The notes below the pieces were generated by a model, which was not told the origin of the DNA, did no database searches, and saw nothing but the letters and a program-made list of their open reading frames with translations. The position numbers and the translations under genes were made by a program. From the IMG/VR virus record IMGVR_UViG_3300025723_000063, positions 1-46,717 of that record: a DNA stretch of 46,717 bases; one strand, written 5' to 3'. This document shows positions 10,253 through 18,581 of this stretch, piece by piece (within the stretch, counting starts at the first letter, position 1; each line of letters starts with the position of its first letter). This stretch comes from a virus. Taxonomy: Duplodnaviria > Caudoviricetes.

Positions 10253-10641
10253 TAGAACGACACCCCTGCCTTCTCAAACTGCCACGCCTCGATGTCAGCG
10301 TCGAGGTAGTTCTGCTCAGCGATGGCATCAGCACCATCGTCCTGAGGCTCGTCCTGAAGGACGTAGGACTTGCTGGCGAACAACGAGAGGATTGCGACTG
10401 CGAGGTCAAACTCCGCACCGTCCTCGACGAGTTCACCAATCGAGCATGAACGTTGTGCGATGGCGATGGCCTCGACGACTGCCTGCTCGGACGTGAAGCC
10501 CAAGATGCTTGCCTTGGCATCACCAAGTTCGACAACTACCGCAATGCCGTTGTCGCCGTTGATGCCGTACATTTGTGGAGTGCCCACGCCAGCGAAGGCG
10601 TTGAGTACACCGAACTGGTAACCGCTCTGGGTATCAGTCAT
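10252..10641 (-). CDS. Hypothetical acidic protein
   Basis: 129-aa ORF with AGAAAG RBS and conserved upstream promoter. Confidence 0.65.
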   Translation of the reverse strand: MTDTQSGYQFGVLNAFAGVGTPQMYGINGDNGIAVVVELGDAKASILGFTSEQAVVEAIAIAQRSCSIGELVEDGAEFDLAVAILSLFASKSYVLQDEPQDDGADAIAEQNYLDADIEAWQFEKAGVSF

Positions 10642-10649
10642 GTCTGCTC

Positions 10650-10717
10650 ACTTTCTAATCAGTTGGTAAATCGGTACTAAACTATGGTACAGCATGGGAG
10701 TGACAAACGCAAGTCAA
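10650..10717 (-). promoter_or_regulatory. Early-type promoter plus leader box
   Basis: TTGCGT-N17 (TGTCACT)-TACCAT, then GATTTACCAACTGATTAGAAAG. Confidence 0.7.
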
Positions 10718-10826
10718 TAACTTCAGAAACTTTTTTGTGGTGATGACTGGACATGGGTGTAGTCCGTCGTATAAGATAGGGGCCTTGTGTTGTGTTGTGT
10801 AGTAATAGAGAGAGAAAGGTGAACCA

Positions 10827-11741
10827 GTGAGTTCATTATTTACAAAGGCGACTAAGGCTGAGGCCAAGGCTCGTATTGCAGTGACAGGCCCATCGGGTTC
10901 GGGTAAGACGTTCAGCGCACTTGCGTGGGCAACGGAACTTGCCGACGGTGGGAAGATTGCCGTGATTGACACGGAGCGTGACAGCGCCAAGTTGTACGCA
11001 GACCGATTCGACTTCGACACGTTGTCAATGTCTGCCCCCTACCACCCTGACCGCTTGGTCGAAGTGCTGAAGGCAGCCGAAGCCGAAGGCTACGCAGTCG
11101 TCGTGATTGACAGCCTCACTCACTTCTACAACGGTGCAGGTGGCCTGCTGGAGATTGTGGACTTGGCTGGCTCGAAGGCTGGCGGCAACGGATTCGCTGG
11201 ATGGAAAACTGGCACGCCGATTCAGCAGCGCATGGTTGACACGTTGCTCAACTTCAACGGTCACATCATCAGCACGATGCGCTCCAAGACGGAGTACACG
11301 TTGGAGAAGGGCGACAATGGTCGCACCGCTCCACGCAAGGTCGGCATGGCTCCCATTCAGCGTGACGGCATCGAGTACGAGTTCACCCTCGTCGTGGACA
11401 TGGACGTTGACCACCGCACCATCATCGGCAAGACACGTTGCGAGGCTCTCGCAGACAAGGTGTTCGCCCCGAACAAGGGAACCGAAGCGGCTCAGATTTT
11501 CAACACTTGGTTGAAGTCGGGTGACCCCATCATCACCGACACGGAGCGTGACGTTCTCGACGGACGCATTCGCACCCTGACCCCAGCCCAGCGCCGTTCG
11601 CTCGCCAAGGCGTGGGGCGAGGCTGGCTTGCCCAAGGTGAACAGCCTGACGCAGGCTCGCCTGTCGGAAGCCCAAGAGTTGGTCGCCTCGTGCTCAACCC
11701 TCGAAGAGGAAGAGCCAACCGAGGACGTAGTTCCTGAGTAG
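10827..11741 (+). CDS. AAA_24 / Sak4-like ATPase (recombination, ssDNA annealing)
   Basis: Walker A GPSGSGKT, IDTE, Walker B VVVIDSLTH, GMAPIQRDGIEYEF motif. Confidence 0.85.
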   Translation: MSSLFTKATKAEAKARIAVTGPSGSGKTFSALAWATELADGGKIAVIDTERDSAKLYADRFDFDTLSMSAPYHPDRLVEVLKAAEAEGYAVVVIDSLTHFYNGAGGLLEIVDLAGSKAGGNGFAGWKTGTPIQQRMVDTLLNFNGHIISTMRSKTEYTLEKGDNGRTAPRKVGMAPIQRDGIEYEFTLVVDMDVDHRTIIGKTRCEALADKVFAPNKGTEAAQIFNTWLKSGDPIITDTERDVLDGRIRTLTPAQRRSLAKAWGEAGLPKVNSLTQARLSEAQELVASCSTLEEEEPTEDVVPE

Positions 11742-11782
11742 TTGACCGCCAGAGGGGTCTAAACGCCCCTGTGTGCCATCTG

Positions 11783-11823
11783 AATCCCCTGCACCCGTGA
11801 TGACATAGGTGCAGGGGATTTTG
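11783..11823 (+). terminator. Intrinsic terminator
   Basis: AATCCCCTGCACC...GGTGCAGGGGATT stem running into a T tract. Confidence 0.8.
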
Positions 11824-12023
11824 GCGTTCTAGGGCCGCTCAGCGGTTCACCACCTTGTGAGAAACTTCACATGCTCGGCAACCACAACATGTAGGGGGCC
11901 GCCGCCGCACTCCACCACATCTTGTGGTCGGGGGAAAACGCATACAGTTTCTCCCTAAACCGTGCACCAGCACTGGACACTGGTCGTGTATCATCACCAC
12001 CCCGTAGCAAAAGGAGTATCGCC

Positions 12024-12884
12024 GTGATACGTCGCAGTCCGTCCGTCACTCGCCAGTCTTTCACCATCATGCCCAACGTCACCCTCAACGACGCTCGGCT
12101 TTCGTGGGAAGCCAAGGGCATGCTGGCCTACCTCATCTCGAAGCCCGACAACTGGGTCATCATGGTGAATCACCTCGTGAAGGAATCGCCCAAGGCCAAG
12201 AAGGAGAAAGTCCTCTCCATCCTCAGCGAGTTGGAAGCCCTCGGCTACATCACCAACAACGGACAGCGCATCAACGACGAAAAAGGGCAGTTCTCGCACG
12301 TCGAACGAGTGGTGCACGAGGTCGCCATAGGCAGTGAAATCCGCATAATCCCTGATGAAACCGTGGACGGGTTTACCGTCAACGGCTCAACCGTGCACGG
12401 TTCCACCGTCAACGGTGAAGTGCCCCACTTAGTAAGTACTGAATCAAAGCAAGTACTGAATGAAGTAAGTACTGAAGATAGTTCTTTTGCGTCACCCGAA
12501 AAATCGGGCGACGGACACATTTCCGAGCCAGTGAAATCCGAACGGGCAAAGAAGGAGAAGCCGTACTCGGCAGAGTTCGAGGAAGTCTGGCGGCTCTACC
12601 CACGCAAAATCAACAAAGGCAAGGCACAGGAAAACTTCGTTGCTCGCATCCGTGCTGGTGAAACCGTGGTGCGCTTGATGCAGGCCACCGAGAACTACGC
12701 CGCCAGTCGTCGTGGTGAACCAGAGATGTACACACTCCACGGCGCAACGTTCTTCGGCTCGTCTCTCCGCTACCAAGATTTCCTTGACACGGGCGCTGGA
12801 ATCAGCGAGACTGTAGCCCCAGCACCCAACAAGGCTGGGAACGCACTCACCGCCATCGAGAACTTCATGAAGAGGCACCTGTAA
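12024..12884 (+). CDS. Phage replication initiator (N-terminal winged HTH, C-terminal FEEVWRLYPRK domain)
   Basis: FTIMPN..LNDARLSWEAKGMLAYLISKPDNW and FEEVWRLYPRKINKGKA...HGATFF motifs; GTG at 12024 follows AAGGAG. Confidence 0.8.
   Translation: MIRRSPSVTRQSFTIMPNVTLNDARLSWEAKGMLAYLISKPDNWVIMVNHLVKESPKAKKEKVLSILSELEALGYITNNGQRINDEKGQFSHVERVVHEVAIGSEIRIIPDETVDGFTVNGSTVHGSTVNGEVPHLVSTESKQVLNEVSTEDSSFASPEKSGDGHISEPVKSERAKKEKPYSAEFEEVWRLYPRKINKGKAQENFVARIRAGETVVRLMQATENYAASRRGEPEMYTLHGATFFGSSLRYQDFLDTGAGISETVAPAPNKAGNALTAIENFMKRHL
12360..12476. repeat. Iteron-like repeats, candidate replication origin inside the initiator gene
   Basis: ACCGT-NN-ACGG x4 at a 15-bp period (12360, 12375, 12390, 12405), then AAGTACTGAA x3 (12434, 12451, 12467). 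Confidence 0.75.
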
Positions 12885-13444
12885 TGAACCAGCAAGAAAC
12901 CGCCACCGTCTGCTACGTCCTCGCCTGCGCCTTTCCAGCATGGAAGGCCAACGACGGCACCATCGAGATGTGGAGCATGCTCCTAGCCGACGTTGATGGT
13001 GGAATCGCCATCCGTGCGGCCCAAGACTGGGCGTTGACCGAGGAAAAGTTCCCGACCATCGCTGGCATCCGCAGAAAGTGCGCAGAGGTCAGCGGCAGCC
13101 TCGCCCCCACCGCATTCGAGGCATGGCGTGAGGTGAACGACGGCCTCGACCAACACGGGCGTGAGTTCTACCGAAATGGAAACCGTTGGTCGCATCCCCT
13201 CATCGAGGGGGCAGTGAAATCCGTTGGGTTCTCGTCGCTGTGCTTTAGCGACACCATCGGCGTGGAGCGTTCGCACTTCCTGAAGGCGTACAACGAACTG
13301 AAGGACAAGTACGACAAAGAGACAATCACCAGCGTCGGTTTTCAACTGGGCGCAGGCACAGTTAGCGTCCCGTCACTAACCGTGGTAAAGTCTGAGACGC
13401 AAGCACTCGCATCACCAGACGAAAGTGATTACATTGATGGTTGA
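12884..13444 (+). CDS. Replicative helicase loader/inhibitor (G39P-like)
   Basis: MNQQETATV...AFP, WSMLLADV, KFPTIAGIR, TAFEAWREV, ERSHFLKAY; directly after the initiator gene. Confidence 0.7.
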   Translation: MNQQETATVCYVLACAFPAWKANDGTIEMWSMLLADVDGGIAIRAAQDWALTEEKFPTIAGIRRKCAEVSGSLAPTAFEAWREVNDGLDQHGREFYRNGNRWSHPLIEGAVKSVGFSSLCFSDTIGVERSHFLKAYNELKDKYDKETITSVGFQLGAGTVSVPSLTVVKSETQALASPDESDYIDG

Positions 13445-13979
13445 CCAGACCCCCACCGTTACGCTCCAAGCCGACGACACCACGGGCGCAATCAAGCAGT
13501 TCTTCAAGAGCCTGTTCTGGTGGCAGTGGGTTATCACGGCACTCGTGGTCGTGGCGATTATCACCACCGCCGTCGTAGCCGTTCACGAGACGAGCGTCAA
13601 GAACAAAGTCAAGACCGTCCACGTCGTCGTGGTTGCTGAAAACTGGAAGCGTTGGAACAAGGCGTTCAAGCCCGTGTACGCAACCGCCAAGAGCGACTAC
13701 AGCGTCATCGCAGGTTCGTTGAGTTCCAATACCGCCACGGCGCAGGACTTCACCAACATTGACAACGACGCACTCGCCCTGACCGCATTGACCAACTCGC
13801 TCAGCCCGACGCTCAACGCCGAAATCAAGACCCTCTCTGCCGACCTTCAGCAGTTGGCATCTGACGGCACCGCAGTGTACGCAGGTGGCGGCTCCATCAC
13901 CTCGTTCGATGCAGACCTCGCAACCGTGGACGCTCAGTTCAACGTCGTCAACAAGGCGCTCGCATTACCACGCAAGTGA
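13425..13979 (+). CDS. Single-pass membrane protein (true start may be ATG at 13437)
   Basis: Hydrophobic WWQWVITALVVVAIITTAVVAV followed by a helical domain. Confidence 0.6.
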   Translation: MITLMVDQTPTVTLQADDTTGAIKQFFKSLFWWQWVITALVVVAIITTAVVAVHETSVKNKVKTVHVVVVAENWKRWNKAFKPVYATAKSDYSVIAGSLSSNTATAQDFTNIDNDALALTALTNSLSPTLNAEIKTLSADLQQLASDGTAVYAGGGSITSFDADLATVDAQFNVVNKALALPRK

Positions 13980-14461
13980 GTGAAGTCAAGAAGTGCGGCT
14001 CGTGCCGTGAGGTGAAATCCACGGACGAGTTCATCGCACGTCGAGACGGTTCTGGCAAGTTCCTGCCACGTTGCAAGGAATGCCGTGATGGTGAAAAGAA
14101 GCAGAAGCAACTGGCTCGCAAGCCGTTGGAGCGTAAGCCCAGCGCACTGAAGCGTTCGTCCCTGAAGCCAATGAGCGACAAGCGCCGAGCGGTCAACGTT
14201 CAGCGCAAGGAAGCCATGCTCGCCCACTTCGGCAAGCGTGAAACGTGGAAGTGCACCGTCAAGGACATCATCGGCACCCCGTGCTTTGGTGAAATAAACG
14301 GGCACGAAATCCTCAGCCGAGCACGTTCAGGGCAGAGCGATGCGAACCTGCTCGACATGGGCGGCATCATCCTCGTCTGCAATCACCACAACTCGTGGAT
14401 TGAGGACAACCCCAAGAGGGCGCACGAACTAGGGCTAACCAAGCATTCGTGGGAAGCGTAG
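13976..14461 (+). CDS. HNH-type endonuclease with N-terminal Zn finger
   Basis: CxxC pairs; HEILSRARSG...LVCNHHNSWIEDNP. Confidence 0.6.
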   Translation: MSEVKKCGSCREVKSTDEFIARRDGSGKFLPRCKECRDGEKKQKQLARKPLERKPSALKRSSLKPMSDKRRAVNVQRKEAMLAHFGKRETWKCTVKDIIGTPCFGEINGHEILSRARSGQSDANLLDMGGIILVCNHHNSWIEDNPKRAHELGLTKHSWEA

Positions 14462-14473
14462 TACGTTAGAGCC

Positions 14474-15016
14474 ATGTCAAAAAACGCCGCCCCCTGCATC
14501 ACGAACCTGCCCGCTGGTGAAATCAAGCGAGGCATGACTGGCTTTGCCAAGACCGACGGCACCATGGGCGCACTTATCCGCTTTGGTGAAAAGTTGCGTT
14601 GGAAGGACGGCACCTACAACCACTGCTTTACCGTCGTGACCGAAGGCGCAACCTACGACGACGTGTGGATTGTGCAAGCGACCATGAAGGGCGTGGCTAA
14701 ATCAACCCTTGCCAGCCTTATCGCCTCGTCCGAACTCATCTCGATGTACGACATCACCTCGCTTGGTGGAGACGCTGAGAAGGCGGCGTGGTTTGCCGAG
14801 AAGCAGATTGGAAAGAAGTATGGCCTGTTGTCCGACATCTGCATTGGAGTGGACATCATTTCACCAGTTTGGTTCATTGAGTGCCGCCGTGCAGGAACGT
14901 GGATTTGCTCCGCTTTGGCGCACGAAGCCATGCGCTTTGCTGGCGTGTACTTCGACGTGCCCGACGTGTACATGGTTTCACCAACCAACTTGCAGCAACT
15001 GATGGGCGTTGCCTAG
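14474..15016 (+). CDS. Permuted papain-like NlpC/P60 (YiiX/YaeF-like) amidase
   Basis: His first (YNHCF), Cys later (ICSALA), QIGKKY and VSP motifs. Confidence 0.7.
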   Translation: MSKNAAPCITNLPAGEIKRGMTGFAKTDGTMGALIRFGEKLRWKDGTYNHCFTVVTEGATYDDVWIVQATMKGVAKSTLASLIASSELISMYDITSLGGDAEKAAWFAEKQIGKKYGLLSDICIGVDIISPVWFIECRRAGTWICSALAHEAMRFAGVYFDVPDVYMVSPTNLQQLMGVA

Positions 15017-15075
15017 CCACTACACCGTGCTACGCTATCGTTACCGAACGAAGCGCATTACCGAAAGAGTGACAC

Positions 15076-15495
15076 ATGACTGAGCCACTTATTCCACCTA
15101 CCGAGCGACAGAAGCACATCGAATCGTGGAACGAAAAGAACAAGAACCTGCCGTGGACAGTTGAGTGGAGCAAGCGCAGCCCCGTGCGCCAGTCGCTACT
15201 CACCCAAGCAGGTCAGCCTTCACCTCGCCAGATTGCTGCCGTACAGCGCCAACTGGAGAGCCAAGGCGAACCAGCGAACGACGGCGAGAAGCACGGCATG
15301 GTGATTTACCTGCCCCACGACTGCAAGAAGCCCGACGTTGATTCATTCCCCGTCGGAACCATTTGGGAGTGCACGGACTACGCAGTGAAATCCGAGAGCA
15401 AGTACGGGCGCTCGTGCCACGACCAGTGGATTTTGGAACGCAGTCCGAACGGCACGCAGTCCCGTCGCTGGGCATTGTTCAAGCGAAGCATCTAG
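15076..15495 (+). CDS. Hypothetical protein
   Basis: 139-aa ORF with a Cys/His-containing C-terminus (HDC..P, GTIWEC). Confidence 0.6.
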   Translation: MTEPLIPPTERQKHIESWNEKNKNLPWTVEWSKRSPVRQSLLTQAGQPSPRQIAAVQRQLESQGEPANDGEKHGMVIYLPHDCKKPDVDSFPVGTIWECTDYAVKSESKYGRSCHDQWILERSPNGTQSRRWALFKRSI

Positions 15496-15686
15496 TGGCA
15501 GCCAAGAAGAAGGCCGCACCAGAAGCGCCTAAAGACCACGACGCTCAGGTCGAGGAATACCGTTCTTCGATGCTGAACACCACACTGTACGAAGCGTGGT
15601 GCAACTGCGGATGGAGCCTTCCACGGTTCTTCAAGAAGTCACAAGCCGAAGCGGAAGTCAAGAGGCATCTAGAAAACGTCGGTTAG
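15495..15686 (+). CDS. Small hypothetical protein (WCNCGW)
   Basis: GTG overlaps the previous TAG; H..CxC..H motif. Confidence 0.55.
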   Translation: MAAKKKAAPEAPKDHDAQVEEYRSSMLNTTLYEAWCNCGWSLPRFFKKSQAEAEVKRHLENVG

Positions 15687-15695
15687 CCTTGTGGC

Positions 15696-16091
15696 ATGAC
15701 TGATTTCACCACCGACGGGTTGTTGTATCCGCTCACAAAGGGCGACCTACTCGGTCACATCTTCCACGGCAACCAATACTCCAAGGGGGTAGCCGAACAC
15801 GTCAACGCAGGTGAAAAGGCCGAGCGCATGGGCGTGTACCGTTTCCATAACGGGCGCTGGCAGCAGGCCAAGGAACTCCACGAAGAGGCCGTCAAGCACT
15901 TCACCGCCGCCAGAGATTTGGAAAAGGCCAACGGCGGCAGCAAAGCGGACGAACTTGATGCCCGTGTCAAGGTGAATCAGCAGCGTGCAGAGACGGCGGC
16001 ACAGATGGTGCGAGCAAAGGCGATGACCGACCAGATGCGCACGGAATACGCACAAACGGGCGAGGTTCATTACCCAACTCAGGGGCAGTGA
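15696..16091 (+). CDS. Putative internal head protein with N-terminal tag
   Basis: MTDFTTDGLL...YPLTKGDLLGHIFHGNQY; leaderless TAGCCT-N6-ATG. Confidence 0.6.
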   Translation: MTDFTTDGLLYPLTKGDLLGHIFHGNQYSKGVAEHVNAGEKAERMGVYRFHNGRWQQAKELHEEAVKHFTAARDLEKANGGSKADELDARVKVNQQRAETAAQMVRAKAMTDQMRTEYAQTGEVHYPTQGQ

Positions 16092-16113
16092 AATCCGCTA
16101 GTAGCCTTGTCTT

Positions 16114-16602
16114 GTGACCTGTTTGGCAGCGTGGAAAGACAAAAAGCAAGTGTGGATGGCTGGGGACAGCGGCGCATTCGATGACAGCACGGTCATCATC
16201 TCGGCAGAGCCAAAAGTTTGGGCCACTGAATCAAGTCTTGTCGGCGTATCGGGTTCGTTTCGGATTATGGACATTCTCCGAAAGAGCGCCGTTTCTGACC
16301 CGTACAAAATCCGTGACTACCTCATGGCACGGGCAAACGACGCAGGGTTTCCAGCAGACGATTGGGCCGTCCTCGTCGCCAACAAGACTGCCATCTACGA
16401 GATTGGTTCGGACTTTGCCGTGGTGAAATCACGAGAGTTATACGGGGCCACAGGTGCTGGCGCTCAGGCCGCACTCGCCGCACTGTACGCTTTGGAACGC
16501 AGTAAGGAACTCACGGGCAAGGAACGAGTGGAGACAGCAGTGAACGCCGCAGTCACACACACGACCAACGCACGCCCACCCGTCGTGGTTATTTCACTGT
16601 GA
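16114..16602 (+). CDS. HslV/proteasome-like Ntn-hydrolase peptidase
   Basis: N-terminal Thr (MTCLAA), MAGDS, PKV, GVSGS, ATGAGAQAAL. Confidence 0.75.
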   Translation: MTCLAAWKDKKQVWMAGDSGAFDDSTVIISAEPKVWATESSLVGVSGSFRIMDILRKSAVSDPYKIRDYLMARANDAGFPADDWAVLVANKTAIYEIGSDFAVVKSRELYGATGAGAQAALAALYALERSKELTGKERVETAVNAAVTHTTNARPPVVVISL

Positions 16603-16976
16603 ACTCCTACGTCCTAACCTACGAAGAGCGCCCCGACTTCACGCTCAACAAAGAGCGCACGGTTCACCACATGGTGCGAGCCAAGATTGTCAAGGAGTGG
16701 AGAGCAGCATTCTGTGACCTCGCAAAAGAGGCGATGATGCCGAGCATGGAGCAGGTGGAAATCACCATCCAGCCCTACGTCCTCAACGCCAAGTACCGCC
16801 AAGACGTGGGCGCATGCTTCCCTCAGGTGAAGGCAGCGGTTGACGGACTGGTTGATGCAGGCGTACTGATTGACGACAACGCCAAGATTGTGGTGAAACT
16901 AACCTTCCTCGCCCCGCTGTTTGGCAAGGACGCATTAGAGATGACCGTCACCGAGGTGTCTGCACCGCTAGACTAG
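16599..16976 (+). CDS. RusA-like Holliday junction resolvase
   Basis: RQDVGA..PQVKAAVDGLVDAGVLIDDN catalytic pattern. Confidence 0.75.
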   Translation: MNSYVLTYEERPDFTLNKERTVHHMVRAKIVKEWRAAFCDLAKEAMMPSMEQVEITIQPYVLNAKYRQDVGACFPQVKAAVDGLVDAGVLIDDNAKIVVKLTFLAPLFGKDALEMTVTEVSAPLD

Positions 16977-16981
16977 GGTTT

Positions 16982-17077
16982 ATGCTCACTCTGGTGGAAT
17001 CCGACGACGAAGAGTTCGACGAAGAAGAACGTCTTGCTAGCATGTCACGCCATCCCTCGACGGGGGAGAAGCAATGA
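16982..17077 (+). CDS. Small acidic peptide (31 aa), not in ORF track
   Basis: TAGACT-N7-ATG; MLTLVESDDEEFDEEERLASMSRHPSTGEKQ; ATGA overlap with next gene. Confidence 0.45.
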   Translation: MLTLVESDDEEFDEEERLASMSRHPSTGEKQ

Positions 17078-18231
17078 ACGAAATGCTTTTCACCACCACG
17101 GATGAGTGGCTGCCGTTGGGAAAGTCCAACACACCGCTGACATCTGATTTGGAATCAGACCCCATCACCACCGAGGCGTGCGAGCAGTTCGAGTACGACC
17201 CAACCAGCACGAGGTTCTACCCGTGGGCTAAGCCCAACGTAGGTGAGGATTGGAACATCGGCGTAATCGTGGGCGCTTCTGGCAGTGGCAAGACGTTACT
17301 GCTAACTGAGTTTGGTGAAATGGCACAGCCGCAGTGGGACAACACACGCTCAGTCATCTCACACTTCACCACCGCAGAGCAAGGCGCAGCGTTGATGTAC
17401 GCCGTCGGATTGAACGCCGTGCCGACGTGGACGAAGCCGTACAACGTTCTGAGTACTGGTGAAAAGTTCCGAGTGGACTTGGCTCGTCAGATTGCCGACA
17501 ACGCCGTCATTGACGAGTTCACCTCAGTCGTAGACCGCACCGTCGCCAAGGCCGCCAGCAACACGTTCCAAAAGTACGTCCGTACAAACGCCGTACACAA
17601 CATCGTCATCGCCACTTGCCATCGTGACGTGCTGGAATGGCTACAGCCCGATTGGATTATTGACACCGACGCTGGGATGTACTGCCTTCAGCCCAAGGAG
17701 TGCCTTCATCGAGAACCTTTGGTGGCAGAGGTATACGAAGTCGAAGCAGCCATGTGGCAGTATTTCGTGGAACACCACTACCTCAATGGCTCACTCAACG
17801 GTTCGTCCGAGTGCTATGTCGCCGTCATTGGTGGAATCCCAGCCGCCTTCTACGCAGTTCTCTCTTTTCCAAGCGGAACAGTGAAAAACGCATACCGAGG
17901 CCATCGCCTCGTTGTCAAGCCAGACTTTCAAGGTTTAGGAGTGGGTGTAAGATTTAGTGACTGGCAAGGTGCGAATCAGACGTTGATGGAGCGACGTTTT
18001 TTCACCAAGACCACACACCCCCGACTAGGCCAATACCGAGACGGTTCTGCGCTTTGGAAGCCGACTTCCAAGAACCACGTCAAGCGCAAAGACAGCGTTG
18101 CTGAAAACCAGCGAGTGGAGCGTTTCTCTGGCTGGCAGCCCAGCCGACGGATGTCCTACTCACACGAGTTCATTGGGGATTTCACTAAACCCCACATAGA
18201 CCACCCAACTTTGGAAACCCCACTAGACTAA
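17074..18231 (+). CDS. ABC-type ATPase fused to a GNAT acetyltransferase
   Basis: GASGSGKT, LSTGEKFR signature, IDEFTSVVDR, ATCH; C-terminal HRLVVKPDFQGLGVG acetyl-CoA motif. Confidence 0.85.
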   Translation: MNEMLFTTTDEWLPLGKSNTPLTSDLESDPITTEACEQFEYDPTSTRFYPWAKPNVGEDWNIGVIVGASGSGKTLLLTEFGEMAQPQWDNTRSVISHFTTAEQGAALMYAVGLNAVPTWTKPYNVLSTGEKFRVDLARQIADNAVIDEFTSVVDRTVAKAASNTFQKYVRTNAVHNIVIATCHRDVLEWLQPDWIIDTDAGMYCLQPKECLHREPLVAEVYEVEAAMWQYFVEHHYLNGSLNGSSECYVAVIGGIPAAFYAVLSFPSGTVKNAYRGHRLVVKPDFQGLGVGVRFSDWQGANQTLMERRFFTKTTHPRLGQYRDGSALWKPTSKNHVKRKDSVAENQRVERFSGWQPSRRMSYSHEFIGDFTKPHIDHPTLETPLD

Positions 18232-18250
18232 CTCTCACAAGGAGAACAGA

Positions 18251-18517
18251 ATGCCTAACGATTTCACCACCCCACTACCAGAGCGCAAAGAGGCTGAGGC
18301 ATCGTTCTCGCCTGAGGTCGCCTCACTTCTTCAGCACATCAAGGACATCTGCGCTCAGATGCGTGACCACGAGAAGAAGGTCATCGAGTTAGGCAAGGAG
18401 CGTCGTCAGACCGTCACCCGTCTCCGTGACGCAGGCGTGACGTGGCGCAAGATTGCTGAATGGGCTGGCACCACCGACCAAGCCCTATACAAGCACCACA
18501 ACCGAGAAACGAAGTAA
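18251..18517 (+). CDS. HTH DNA-binding protein
   Basis: LRDAGVTWRKIAEWAGTTDQALYK; AAGGAG RBS. Confidence 0.75.
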   Translation: MPNDFTTPLPERKEAEASFSPEVASLLQHIKDICAQMRDHEKKVIELGKERRQTVTRLRDAGVTWRKIAEWAGTTDQALYKHHNRETK

Positions 18518-18581
18518 GCACACGGGATTTCTTAGTTTGGTACTTGCTATCACCACTAAACCGTAGTATGATAGTAAGTCT

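Noticed and set aside
11922-12023. Longer N-terminus for the replication initiator
   Set aside because: Strong AAGGAG before GTG 12024, and the family pattern begins there
12360-12476. Possible mini-CRISPR array
   Set aside because: Units of 10-11 bp with 4-7 bp spacers, inside a gene, and no cas genes
18251-18280. MPNDFTTPL start of the HTH protein resembles the DFTT tag
   Set aside because: Lacks the xxLL and Lys motif; explained equally well by the overlapping RGTGAAAT DNA motif at 18261
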